NCBI GenBank assembly: GCA_039586365.1
Contig: JBDHKN010000001.1
Coordinates: 64,001-128,000, forward strand
Direction of reading: 5' to 3'
DNA length: 64,000 nt
Source: Gemmatimonadota bacterium
GTDB lineage: Bacteria > Gemmatimonadota > Gemmatimonadetes > Gemmatimonadales > GWC2-71-9
Each line of letters begins with the position of its first letter. Position 1 is the stretch's first letter. Both the position numbers and the translations under genes were made by a program. Under the pieces are notes generated by a model that was not told the DNA's origin, did not search any database, and saw only the letters and a list, made by a program, of their open reading frames with translations. Positions 1 to 8,896 of this stretch are shown piece after piece.

Positions 1-213
1 CAGCGACTGACAAGCGGCAGAGGTTTCCACACCCCAATGTGAATTGCCTGAGGATTAAGCACTTAAGATATTGTAAGTAAGATACTTAGGAAATGCAAAA
101 CAAAGCCACCTTCAAGCCAATGACGCGTCGTTGTTGCGACTGTGTCTCGTCGCTGCCTTTTCCCACAGAGTTCTCTCGCACTGCAGCCTGCCGGACCAAG
201 GTCCCGACTGCCA

Positions 214-972
214 ATGCCAGCTGACCTGAGCGAGCTCACCTCCTATCTAGACGGATATCTCAGGGTCGCCGAAGTGGCGGATTCCGAGAGGGCGCTCAAC
301 GGCCTGCAACTGGAGAACTCAGGTACCGTTTCCCGTATTGCGGTGGCCGTGGATGTATGTCAGGTGACCATCGACCGAGCTGCAGAAATCGCTGCGGACT
401 TGTTGATCGTGCACCACGGACTCTTTTGGGGCGGTTTAGAGCCGCTGACGGGGCGGCACGGGCGGCGTGTCCGCAGCATGCTTGCGAGGGGGATCGCGCT
501 CTACTCTGTGCACCTTCCTCTTGACCTGCACCCTGTGGTGGGCAACAACGCCGTGTTGGCACGGCAGCTGGGCGTTGAGGATGCCGTGTGGTTTGGAGAT
601 CACAGGGGCCAGCCGTTGGGCCTGGCAGGCAATCTCGATTGTACACTTGTCGAACTCGCTGCGGCCGTGGGAGAGCTGCTGGGTGTCACTCCACACGTCA
701 TTCCAGCGGGGCCGGAGCGGGTGAGTCGGGTGGGTGTCATAACTGGGCAAGGGGGTAGTCACATGAGGCAGGTCCTGCAAGCGGGCCTGGACACCTTTGT
801 CACCGGCGAGGGCACCCACCACACGCACTTCGATGCGGAGGAGTGGGGTCTGAACGTGGTGTACGCCGGTCACTACGCCACCGAGACCGTCGGAGTCAAG
901 GCCCTAGCCGGCCACTTGGAGGCGATCTTCGGCCTCCCTTGGGACTTCATTGACCATCCCACGGGTCTCTAG
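214..972 (+). CDS. Nif3-like dinuclear metal-centre hexameric protein (YbgI/NIF3 family)
   Basis: NGLQ, IVHHGLFW, HLPLDLHP..GNN and GHYATE motifs; ATG at 214 preferred over the GTG at 142. Confidence 0.92.
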   Translation: MPADLSELTSYLDGYLRVAEVADSERALNGLQLENSGTVSRIAVAVDVCQVTIDRAAEIAADLLIVHHGLFWGGLEPLTGRHGRRVRSMLARGIALYSVHLPLDLHPVVGNNAVLARQLGVEDAVWFGDHRGQPLGLAGNLDCTLVELAAAVGELLGVTPHVIPAGPERVSRVGVITGQGGSHMRQVLQAGLDTFVTGEGTHHTHFDAEEWGLNVVYAGHYATETVGVKALAGHLEAIFGLPWDFIDHPTGL

Positions 973-1000
973 ACCGGTCGCTGTTCCGCTACACGCCCTA

Positions 1001-1303
1001 TCACCTCGTTAGCGGTACCACGAATCGCACTGTCAGGTTCTCTGCGGTCTGGGGTGACACCCGGCAGAAGCACTTCTCGCCGATGAGTCGTTTGACTCCC
1101 ATGACCTCCGACTCATCGATGCTCGGTACCTCCTTGAACTCTATCTCGAAGGTCTGTCCCGCGATGACCCGGTATACTACCGGCCGCCCGACCAGGCGAT
1201 GGTGCGTGTCAACGGCAGCCATGCCCTGTTGCAGCCGTTGCTGGATCTCGGCAAGCCGGGCCCTCAGCACTGGATCAGTTACCACGGCTAATACGTCTGA
1301 CAC
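1001..1303 (-). CDS. Hypothetical protein, 100 aa
   Basis: GAGGAG RBS before the GTG start; overlaps the queG 3' end; protein-like composition. Confidence 0.7.
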   Translation of the reverse strand: MSDVLAVVTDPVLRARLAEIQQRLQQGMAAVDTHHRLVGRPVVYRVIAGQTFEIEFKEVPSIDESEVMGVKRLIGEKCFCRVSPQTAENLTVRFVVPLTR

Positions 1304-2250
1304 GGCTCCTCTTTCGCGAAGTTGGCAGCGGCGATCCGAGCGTTGCGGCTAATCCCCGCAGCACCAGTGCGTTCCAACGGTGTCCAGCCATACCGCCGGG
1401 CGAACTCCAACTCGTCGATCTCCGTTAGTGCTCTCAGATCGAGTAACGCGAGCGACGGGTCTAGTTCGAGTGCCACCGACGTGGACGGGCGCGCAAAGCT
1501 CTTGTTCCAGGGACACACGTCTTGGCAAACGTCGCAACCAAACACCCAGTCACCCATCTTCGCGGCCTGCTCAGTCGGGACCTCGCTCTTTAGTTCAATC
1601 GTCAGATACGAGATACATAGGCGTGCGTCCAGCAACCGTTCCTCAGGAAAGGCACTTGTTGGACAGGCTTCCAGACAGAGCCGGCAGCTCCCGCACCGGT
1701 CTGCCTCGAAGGGTCGGTCAAGATCCAAGTCCAGGTTAGTGAGCACTGTCGCGACGAAACAGAAGGACCCGCGCTTGGGATCAATCAACATCGTGTTCTT
1801 CCCGATCCAGCCGAGACCCGCCCTCTGAGCCAGCTCTCGCTCAGGCACTGGGCCGGCGTCAACATACCACTTAGTAATTGTACTCGCGTCACCAAGCGAT
1901 CTGATGAACGAGGCCAATTGCTGGAGCGGGCCTTGCAGAGACTTGTGGTAATCCCGGCCCCTGGCGTACTTGGCGACTCGCCCAAAGCCCGGCTTGGGAA
2001 TGGGATCCTGATTGAAGTGACTCACTGTGATTACGACTGCGCGGTGCGCGCCAGGCAGTATCCGGGCAGGCTCCCAACGGCGTGCAGCTTGGCGCTGCAT
2101 ATAGGTCATGGTTCCTGCCATTCCCTGCGCTAGCCACTCACGCAGCCGCTCGCCGTGCGGCACCGGGCTGAGGTCGGTGACCCCGACAGTGTCGAATCCG
2201 AGCTGGAGGGCGTGTTCCTTGACCAACGTGGCCCTCGTGTTCGGCGTCAT
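1288..2250 (-). CDS. queG: tRNA epoxyqueuosine(34) reductase
   Basis: YARGRDYH, VDAGPVPERELAQRAGLGWIGKN, CGSCRLCLEACPT and GCDVCQDVCPWN (two 4Fe-4S sites); ATG 2250 overlaps the upstream stop (ATGA). Confidence 0.95.
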   Translation of the reverse strand: MTPNTRATLVKEHALQLGFDTVGVTDLSPVPHGERLREWLAQGMAGTMTYMQRQAARRWEPARILPGAHRAVVITVSHFNQDPIPKPGFGRVAKYARGRDYHKSLQGPLQQLASFIRSLGDASTITKWYVDAGPVPERELAQRAGLGWIGKNTMLIDPKRGSFCFVATVLTNLDLDLDRPFEADRCGSCRLCLEACPTSAFPEERLLDARLCISYLTIELKSEVPTEQAAKMGDWVFGCDVCQDVCPWNKSFARPSTSVALELDPSLALLDLRALTEIDELEFARRYGWTPLERTGAAGISRNARIAAANFAKEEPCQTY

Positions 2251-2627
2251 GAGTGCATCACTTCCCGGCGCCAGCGGGCGAAGCGCAGGATGTCGTCGAC
2301 CGAAGGGAGCGCGCCTTCGTCTCCATACATCGTGTGCATTCGCCACTGCAGGTATTCCCTAGGGGGGAGGGGCAGGAAGGGGGGAATCCGGTACCAGACA
2401 CGCGCTCGGAAAGCCCACGCCAAATGCAACAGATCGACAGCAATCCGTGGGTTTCCTAGCGCGCGTATGGACAGCTGAATTGTGAGACGCCACCAACTAC
2501 TGGTGGTGTCAAGAGATTGCTGAGCAGTATCTTGACTCAACTGACCCCCCGCGATTGCGCAGTTGATCTCGTCGCACTCTTCGTCTGGCAGAGTGTTTTT
2601 CGCCAAGTCACGTCCCCGTGCGCCCAA
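2247..2627 (-). CDS. Hypothetical protein (Trp/Arg-rich C-terminal half); start uncertain
   Basis: Stop coupled to the queG start; WYRIPPFLPLPPREYLQWRMHTMYG segment looks like a conserved motif. Confidence 0.65.
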   Translation of the reverse strand: MGARGRDLAKNTLPDEECDEINCAIAGGQLSQDTAQQSLDTTSSWWRLTIQLSIRALGNPRIAVDLLHLAWAFRARVWYRIPPFLPLPPREYLQWRMHTMYGDEGALPSVDDILRFARWRREVMHS

Positions 2628-2712
2628 GGTGTAACCTCACCGGTGTCTCAATCTCAGGTTCCGTCGCTGGTCAGCCTGACTCACCTGCAAGTCATCACTT
2701 ATATTGGCGTCC

Positions 2713-3864
2713 ATGACTGATGCTTCCTCATTTGGCAGCCATGCGTTGGCCCACTACAGAGATGAGTTCCCGATACTCAATAAGCAAATCTACCTCAATA
2801 CTTGCTCTTTGGGTGCACTGTCGCGACGGGCCCAGCAGCGCGTCGCTGGCTTTCTTGAGACGTGGCACTCGCGAGGAGCTTCCGCTTGGTACGATGACTG
2901 GTGGCAGGCGCTCGGTGAGTTACGCGCCGGCTATGCCGAGGTCATCAATGCAAGAGCGGACGAGGTAGCACTGCACGCCTCCATCTCGACGGCAGCCGCT
3001 GTTGTCGGAAGCTCGTTGGACTATGTGTCACGTCCCAAGGTAGTCACTACAGCCCTGGATTTTCCGACAGTGGCATACCAGTGGCTCGCCAAGCAGCAGG
3101 AAGGTGTTGAGGTGGTGGTCGTAGAAAGCCCAGACGGTATCTCCATACCAATCGATGCAATCGCGGCAGCGGTGGATGAGAGAACTGCGCTCGTGGCCAC
3201 CTCGCACGTGTTCTTCACGACGGGTGCAATACAAGACATCAGGGCTGTGGCAGATGTTGCGCACAGCAATGGGGCACTGTGCTTTGTCGACGCGTATCAG
3301 AGTGTGGGCCAGGTTCCCTTGGACGTGCGGCTCACCGGAGTCGACTTTCTTTGCGCTGGTGGCTTGAAGTGGCTGCTTGGGGGTCCGGGCATAGTGTTCC
3401 TGTATGTGCGTGCTGACCTAATCAGAGAACTCCATCCCAGCGTGACCGGGTGGTTTGCCCACAGCGACCAGTTCGCTTTCGATCCGCGGCGCATTGCCTG
3501 GCATGATGATGCTCGACGGTTCGAACTAGGTACACCTTCTCTTGCCGCAGTGTTCGCGCAACTCGGTGGCTTGGAGATCATACGTGAAATCGGCGTTCCG
3601 ACCATCAGGACAGTGGTGGCTGAGCTGACTGAAGACCTCGTGCAGCGTGCACGAGAAACGGGACTGCGGCCCAAGGTTGCTGACAGACCGGAGGATCGTG
3701 CCGCGATAGTCATGCTCCCAAGTGACGAGCCTCACAAGCAGGTTGCCAAACTCGCGGCTCGCGGTATCGTAGCTGATGCTCGGCCCGGGCACGTGCGCGT
3801 CTCCCCGTTCTTCTACAACCTGAAGGAAGACAATGTCGCAGCAATCCAAACACTCCGATCCTGA
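2713..3864 (+). CDS. Class V PLP-dependent aminotransferase-fold enzyme (kynureninase/cysteine desulfurase-like)
   Basis: YLNTCSLG, VDAYQSVG, AGGLKWLLGGPG (PLP lysine) and FELGTP. Confidence 0.88.
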   Translation: MTDASSFGSHALAHYRDEFPILNKQIYLNTCSLGALSRRAQQRVAGFLETWHSRGASAWYDDWWQALGELRAGYAEVINARADEVALHASISTAAAVVGSSLDYVSRPKVVTTALDFPTVAYQWLAKQQEGVEVVVVESPDGISIPIDAIAAAVDERTALVATSHVFFTTGAIQDIRAVADVAHSNGALCFVDAYQSVGQVPLDVRLTGVDFLCAGGLKWLLGGPGIVFLYVRADLIRELHPSVTGWFAHSDQFAFDPRRIAWHDDARRFELGTPSLAAVFAQLGGLEIIREIGVPTIRTVVAELTEDLVQRARETGLRPKVADRPEDRAAIVMLPSDEPHKQVAKLAARGIVADARPGHVRVSPFFYNLKEDNVAAIQTLRS

Positions 3865-4594
3865 CTCTCGCATCTCAACGATCGAACCCCGGACCGCTGA
3901 TGAACGACTTTTCCAGCCTCCGAGCATCGCTGAGCGCCGTGCCTTCGTCGATACAGATCCATGGCGGGCGCTGCGGATCCTGGGCGAATTCGTCGAGGGT
4001 TTTGATGAACTCGCAGACGTTCGTGCCGCCGTCACTTTCTTTGGATCGGCACGTATGCCACCTGAGGATCCCATGTATCAGTTGACCATGGAGACGGCGC
4101 GGCGATTGGGCGAACGCAACTTCGCTGTTATCACAGGTGCCGGGGGTGGCATGATGGAAGCAGCCAACCGAGGTGCTCAAGAAGCGGGGGCGTTGTCAAT
4201 CGGCCTGAACATCGAACTACCAGAAGAGCAGTCGGTGAATTCCTACGTTGACCGGACCGTTAACTTCCGATACATGTTCGCTCGCAAGACGATGCTTGTT
4301 AAGTACTCGTCTGCCTTCATCTTTCCACCAGGTGGATACGGCACACTTGACGAACTTTGTGAGGTGTTGACGTTAAGGCAAACGATGAAGATCGGTGATA
4401 TCCCGATTGTGCTAATGGGACAGAAATACTGGTCTGGATTCATCAATTGGCTGCAAAAGGTCGTCAAGGTCGAAGGGAAGATAAGCCCAGAAGATCTGCA
4501 TCTCTTCGAGGTGACCGACAGTCCGGCACGGGTTGTCGAGATTGTGCTGCAAAGCTGGCGCAAACGCGTGGCGAGATCGGAGTCAAGTATCTGA
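3833..4594 (+). CDS. LOG family (TIGR00730-type) nucleotide phosphoribohydrolase
   Basis: FFGSAR, ITGAGGGMMEAANRGA, RKTMLVKYS and PGGYGTLDE. Confidence 0.92.
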   Translation: MSQQSKHSDPDSRISTIEPRTADERLFQPPSIAERRAFVDTDPWRALRILGEFVEGFDELADVRAAVTFFGSARMPPEDPMYQLTMETARRLGERNFAVITGAGGGMMEAANRGAQEAGALSIGLNIELPEEQSVNSYVDRTVNFRYMFARKTMLVKYSSAFIFPPGGYGTLDELCEVLTLRQTMKIGDIPIVLMGQKYWSGFINWLQKVVKVEGKISPEDLHLFEVTDSPARVVEIVLQSWRKRVARSESSI

Positions 4595-4613
4595 CCGATA
4601 ACAGGAAGATTAG

Positions 4614-5759
4614 ATGACTGATAATAAGGTCCGCTTGCTGAGCGGCCAGAGGATTGAGCCGAAGCCGATCACGGGCAAAGAGACTGCCGCTGAGTTGATA
4701 GACAACTCGTTCCACGCGTACAACGCTGGTCGCCTCAGGGAGGCCTGTCAACTCTTTGTCCGGCGCATGCTGGCCGACGATACCACGGTTGGGATGAGTC
4801 TTTCGGGGGCGCTAACGCCGGCCGGGATCGGGATGTCAGCAGTAATCCCCTTAATCGAGTCTGGTTTCGTTGATTGGATCGTATCAACAGGTGCCAATCT
4901 CTATCACGATGCGCACTTCGCACTGGGTTTCTCCATGCATCGGGGATCACCTTTTGTTGATGACCGAGCACTGCGTGAGGCTGGTGTTGTTCGTATCTAC
5001 GATATCCTCTTCGACTACGCCGTCCTGCTGCGGACCGACAGATTCATCCGGGAGATCTCACTCCGCGCTGAGTTTCAGCGTGCGATGACCACGGCGGAGT
5101 ACCACTACCTACTCGGTGGGTACTTGAAGGAACGTGAACGGGCCCTCGGCTTGACCCACAAGTCTCTTCTTTCGGTGGCTCACGAATGTGGCGTTCCCAT
5201 TTACACGTCGTCTCCGGGGGACTCTTCAATAGGGATGAATGTTGCGGAGCTGGCGTTAGAGGGCCACGCCCTGTGTTTTGACGTTTCAGCGGACGTGAAT
5301 GAGACTGCAGCGCTAGTCCTTGCGGCGAAGCAAGGTGGCGGTAAGAGTGGCGTATTCATCATAGGTGGTGGCAGTCCCAAGAACTTCGTTCTTCAGACCG
5401 AGCCACAGCTCCAGGAAGTGCTCGGCATCCAAGAGTATGGACATGACTACTACCTTCAGATTACCGATGCCCGTTCAGACACGGGGGGACTCTCCGGAGC
5501 GACGCCGAGTGAAGCTGTGAGTTGGGGCAAGGTGGACCCGGATGAGCTGCCGAACGCCGTTGTTTGCTACCTCGATAGCACGGTTGGCCTGCCGTTGCTC
5601 ACAGCGTATGCGTTGGCCCACCGCAAACCGTGCAAACTGAAACGCCTTTATGATGTACGAACAACAAGTTTGGAACGACTGCGGCAAGAGTATAATGCAG
5701 CGCGAGCCTTCAGGGATGCCCGTGTGACCGAAGAGAAGCTGCCAGGAATTGACCCCTAG
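4614..5759 (+). CDS. Deoxyhypusine synthase-like protein (homospermidine-synthase-type)
   Basis: [25 protein letters not shown] and [16 protein letters not shown] with the catalytic Lys. Confidence 0.92.
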   Translation: MTDNKVRLLSGQRIEPKPITGKETAAELIDNSFHAYNAGRLREACQLFVRRMLADDTTVGMSLSGALTPAGIGMSAVIPLIESGFVDWIVSTGANLYHDAHFALGFSMHRGSPFVDDRALREAGVVRIYDILFDYAVLLRTDRFIREISLRAEFQRAMTTAEYHYLLGGYLKERERALGLTHKSLLSVAHECGVPIYTSSPGDSSIGMNVAELALEGHALCFDVSADVNETAALVLAAKQGGGKSGVFIIGGGSPKNFVLQTEPQLQEVLGIQEYGHDYYLQITDARSDTGGLSGATPSEAVSWGKVDPDELPNAVVCYLDSTVGLPLLTAYALAHRKPCKLKRLYDVRTTSLERLRQEYNAARAFRDARVTEEKLPGIDP

Positions 5760-7435
5760 AGGGAGGGTGGCGTAGACATCTCTTCCATATCCCGATGAAA
5801 GGCCGAGTTCAGCTCGGCCTCAGCGCGGTAGGCTGCTATCTCTGCCTCCTTCCGCTCCGGGTCCCACCCCATTTCAGCTGCAGCCAAGTCTGCGATTCTG
5901 GCGATGTACTCGGTTCCGTGCCCTGAAACCTCATGAAACACATGTGTGCGGCGGATAAGGAGATCTCCCAGCGTAATCGCCATTTCTCGGCGAATGGCGT
6001 GCACCAGTTCTGCAAGTATCGCAGGATGGCTTGGGAAGACAGGTTCGGCCAGCTCTGGTTCAGAAATGGCCAGGCGTGTCACTGCCGGTGACTCGCTCCC
6101 GTAGGATCTCACTAGGTGTTCTGCCAGTTCACGGGAGAACCCTTCCCGCTCAGCTTCCTCTACCAGCACTTGGAGGTCGTGTGCCTCTCCACCTGGGAGC
6201 GGCTCTTGCTCGGTGCCTGGCTTGAGGCGGATGTGCCTACCGTCCAGCTCATGGAGCTGAGCAAAAACACGGTCCACGGTCTGCGCTGCAATAGCTCTGT
6301 ATGTTGTGAGCCTGCCGCCAACGACCGAAATGAGACCGCTTGGTTCGTCCAGGATTCGGTGCTCGCGACAGATTGAGCTCGGGGGGAGTCGATTCGCTGG
6401 AGCTACGAGCGGACGTACTCCCGTCCACGTGGAAACAATGTCAGCGGGGCCAAGGCGCGCGTCGGGGAAGAGCGCATTTGCCGACCGCAGCAGGTAGATG
6501 ACGTCATCGGACTCAGCATAGATCTCATCCGGCGAATAATCACAGTCGGTGTCCGTGGTTCCGATGTACGACAGCCGCCCGTGGGGGATGATGAACATTA
6601 CGCGACCGTCGATCGGCGAGAGAAAGGTCACTGCTTCCTTGTTGCCCATTCTCTGGCGAGGAACGCTTATGTGTACACCCTTGGTCGGTCGTAGCACGGG
6701 TGCCCTACCCTCCTGGCCTCGCAGTGTATCCGACCAAGGTCCTGTGGCATTGACGACCGTGAGAGCACGAATGGTGTGCTGCTGTCCGGTCGTGAGATCC
6801 GTTACCAACGCTCCTCGCACTCGTCCGTCAGCGTTGTCTAGTCGATCCACTTGCACGTAGTTCGCTGCCAGCGCACCATGTCGATGTGCGCTCCGGACTG
6901 TTGCTAACGTCAATCGAGCGTCGTCACACTGAGCGTCGTAGTAGCGCGCTCCGCCGAGTAGGTCCCGGTCTTTCATTCTGGGTTCAGCAGCCCGAATGGC
7001 TCGTCTGCTGAGGAGTCGGTGGTGACCCACGCTGCGGAAAGCTGCTAGCAGGTCGTGCAGCCAGAGTCCAGCAGCAAGCCTCCAAATGGATATCCGTCCG
7101 CCTCTGTGTAGCGGGACGAGAAACGATCGTGGCCAAACAAGATGTGGAGCGATTCTCAACAGGATGTGACGCTCTCGAATGGCTGCCAGCACGAACTTGA
7201 AATGACTCTCTTCCAGATATCGTAGCCCCCCGTGCACCAAGCGGGATGAACGGCTGCTTGTACCCGCTCCGAAATCCCCTTTGTCGATCAGAGCAGTCCG
7301 AAGGCCCCGCATCGCGGCGTCTCGAGCGATGCCGGCACCGGTGATGCCGGCTCCAATCACCAGGAGTTCCACCGGTTCCAAAACCAAGGCCGCAATGTTA
7401 CTTGAGCGCGTCTGATGCGAGAACTCTAGTTCCAC
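5756..7435 (-). CDS. glpD: FAD-dependent glycerol-3-phosphate dehydrogenase/oxidase
   Basis: [49 protein letters not shown] and [11 protein letters not shown] 7435 is the likely start (ORF open to 7525). Confidence 0.92.
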   Translation of the reverse strand: MELEFSHQTRSSNIAALVLEPVELLVIGAGITGAGIARDAAMRGLRTALIDKGDFGAGTSSRSSRLVHGGLRYLEESHFKFVLAAIRERHILLRIAPHLVWPRSFLVPLHRGGRISIWRLAAGLWLHDLLAAFRSVGHHRLLSRRAIRAAEPRMKDRDLLGGARYYDAQCDDARLTLATVRSAHRHGALAANYVQVDRLDNADGRVRGALVTDLTTGQQHTIRALTVVNATGPWSDTLRGQEGRAPVLRPTKGVHISVPRQRMGNKEAVTFLSPIDGRVMFIIPHGRLSYIGTTDTDCDYSPDEIYAESDDVIYLLRSANALFPDARLGPADIVSTWTGVRPLVAPANRLPPSSICREHRILDEPSGLISVVGGRLTTYRAIAAQTVDRVFAQLHELDGRHIRLKPGTEQEPLPGGEAHDLQVLVEEAEREGFSRELAEHLVRSYGSESPAVTRLAISEPELAEPVFPSHPAILAELVHAIRREMAITLGDLLIRRTHVFHEVSGHGTEYIARIADLAAAEMGWDPERKEAEIAAYRAEAELNSAFHRDMEEMSTPPSL

Positions 7436-7600
7436 TGGACTATCCGTAGTGAAATAGGACCTGGCGAGGCACTGAACATTGGTTGCGCGTCTTGGATGCT
7501 CACGGTCGGATCCGTATGATGACACCTTGTATGATGGGTCTCAGGGTCATCCTGCCACAAGTAGTGTTCAGTCTCGCTTCATCTAGGTAGCTTTTTCCCG

Positions 7601-8896
7601 ATGGTTGCAGCAATAGCCAGCCGCCGAGTTGCGATCGTAGCGGGGTGCCGCACCCCGTTTTGTAAGTCCGGCACTGAACTCAAGAATGTGTCGGCGGTTG
7701 ATCTTGCCCGACAAGCTGTAGTCGAGTTGGTGCACCGGTCCAACCTCGATGGGAATATCGTTGACGAGATGTATTTCGGGCAGGTGGTTGCCAGTCCTCT
7801 TGCGCCCAACCTGGCCCGGGAGGTCAGTCTGCTGCCCCAATTTCCGAAGCACGTTGCCGCAGCTACGACAAACCGGGCGTGCGCCTCCTCAAATCAGGCG
7901 ATCGTGCTGGGTCACGACCAAATCCTACTTGGCCATGCTGACGTGGTAATAGCGGGTGGAGCCGAAAGCCTCTCTGATATTCCGATCCTTCACTCACGGC
8001 GCCTCTCGGAAGTCCTGGTCCGGTTGAACCGCGTCAAGGGCACGGCTGAGCGCGTGAAGCTGGTGATGTCTCTACGGCCTAGAGACCTGGTGCCTGTTAC
8101 ACCAGCGATAGCTGAGCCATCCACGGGTGAATCGATGGGGAAGTCGGCAGAGAAGATGGCCAAGCTGAACCGGATCACTCGCGAAGCTCAGGACCAGTTC
8201 GCATTACGGAGTCACCGACTGGCCGCCGCCGGTAGGCAAGATGGCCGTCTCACGGCTGAGGTTTTCCCTGTATTCGATGCGAGTGCTCACGGCGTGACCT
8301 CCACCGACAACTGCATTCGGCCAGACTCCACGCTGGAACAGATGGCGAAGCTCGAACCTGTATTTGACAGGCGTTACGGAACGGTAACCGCGGCGAACTC
8401 GTCCCTGCTGACGGACGGAGCTTCCGCCGTCCTGATCATGAGCGAGGAAGCTGCACGCGCGCTGGGCTATGAGCCCACCGCTCTCATTCGGTCATACGCG
8501 GTTGCAGCATTGGATCCGGGGGATCAACTCCTCATGGGGCCGGCCTTTGCTATACCAAAGGCATTGGACCGGGCTGGTCTAAGTTGGGATGACATAGGGC
8601 TGATTGAGATGCACGAAGCGTTCGCCGCACAAGTCCTGTCGAACATCCAGGCGATCGAATCCAAATCGTGGGCTGTAGAGAAACTCGGGCGTCCCGCGGC
8701 AATTGGAGAGGTAAACTGGAAGACACTCAACGTAATGGGTGGATCGATAGCAATCGGACACCCATTTGGTGCTACCGGTGCACGTATCACTCTGACGCTT
8801 GCTAATGAGATGAAACGCCGCGATATCCAGTTTGGCCTGATTTCAGTATGTGCACAAGGCGGGATGGGATTCGCTATGATTCTTGAGCGAATCTGA
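7601..8896 (+). CDS. fadI: Acetyl-CoA C-acyltransferase (thiolase, FadI-type)
   Basis: NRACASS, HEAFAAQ, GGSIAIGHPFGATG and CAQGGMG; adjacent to fadJ. Confidence 0.92.
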   Translation: MVAAIASRRVAIVAGCRTPFCKSGTELKNVSAVDLARQAVVELVHRSNLDGNIVDEMYFGQVVASPLAPNLAREVSLLPQFPKHVAAATTNRACASSNQAIVLGHDQILLGHADVVIAGGAESLSDIPILHSRRLSEVLVRLNRVKGTAERVKLVMSLRPRDLVPVTPAIAEPSTGESMGKSAEKMAKLNRITREAQDQFALRSHRLAAAGRQDGRLTAEVFPVFDASAHGVTSTDNCIRPDSTLEQMAKLEPVFDRRYGTVTAANSSLLTDGASAVLIMSEEAARALGYEPTALIRSYAVAALDPGDQLLMGPAFAIPKALDRAGLSWDDIGLIEMHEAFAAQVLSNIQAIESKSWAVEKLGRPAAIGEVNWKTLNVMGGSIAIGHPFGATGARITLTLANEMKRRDIQFGLISVCAQGGMGFAMILERI

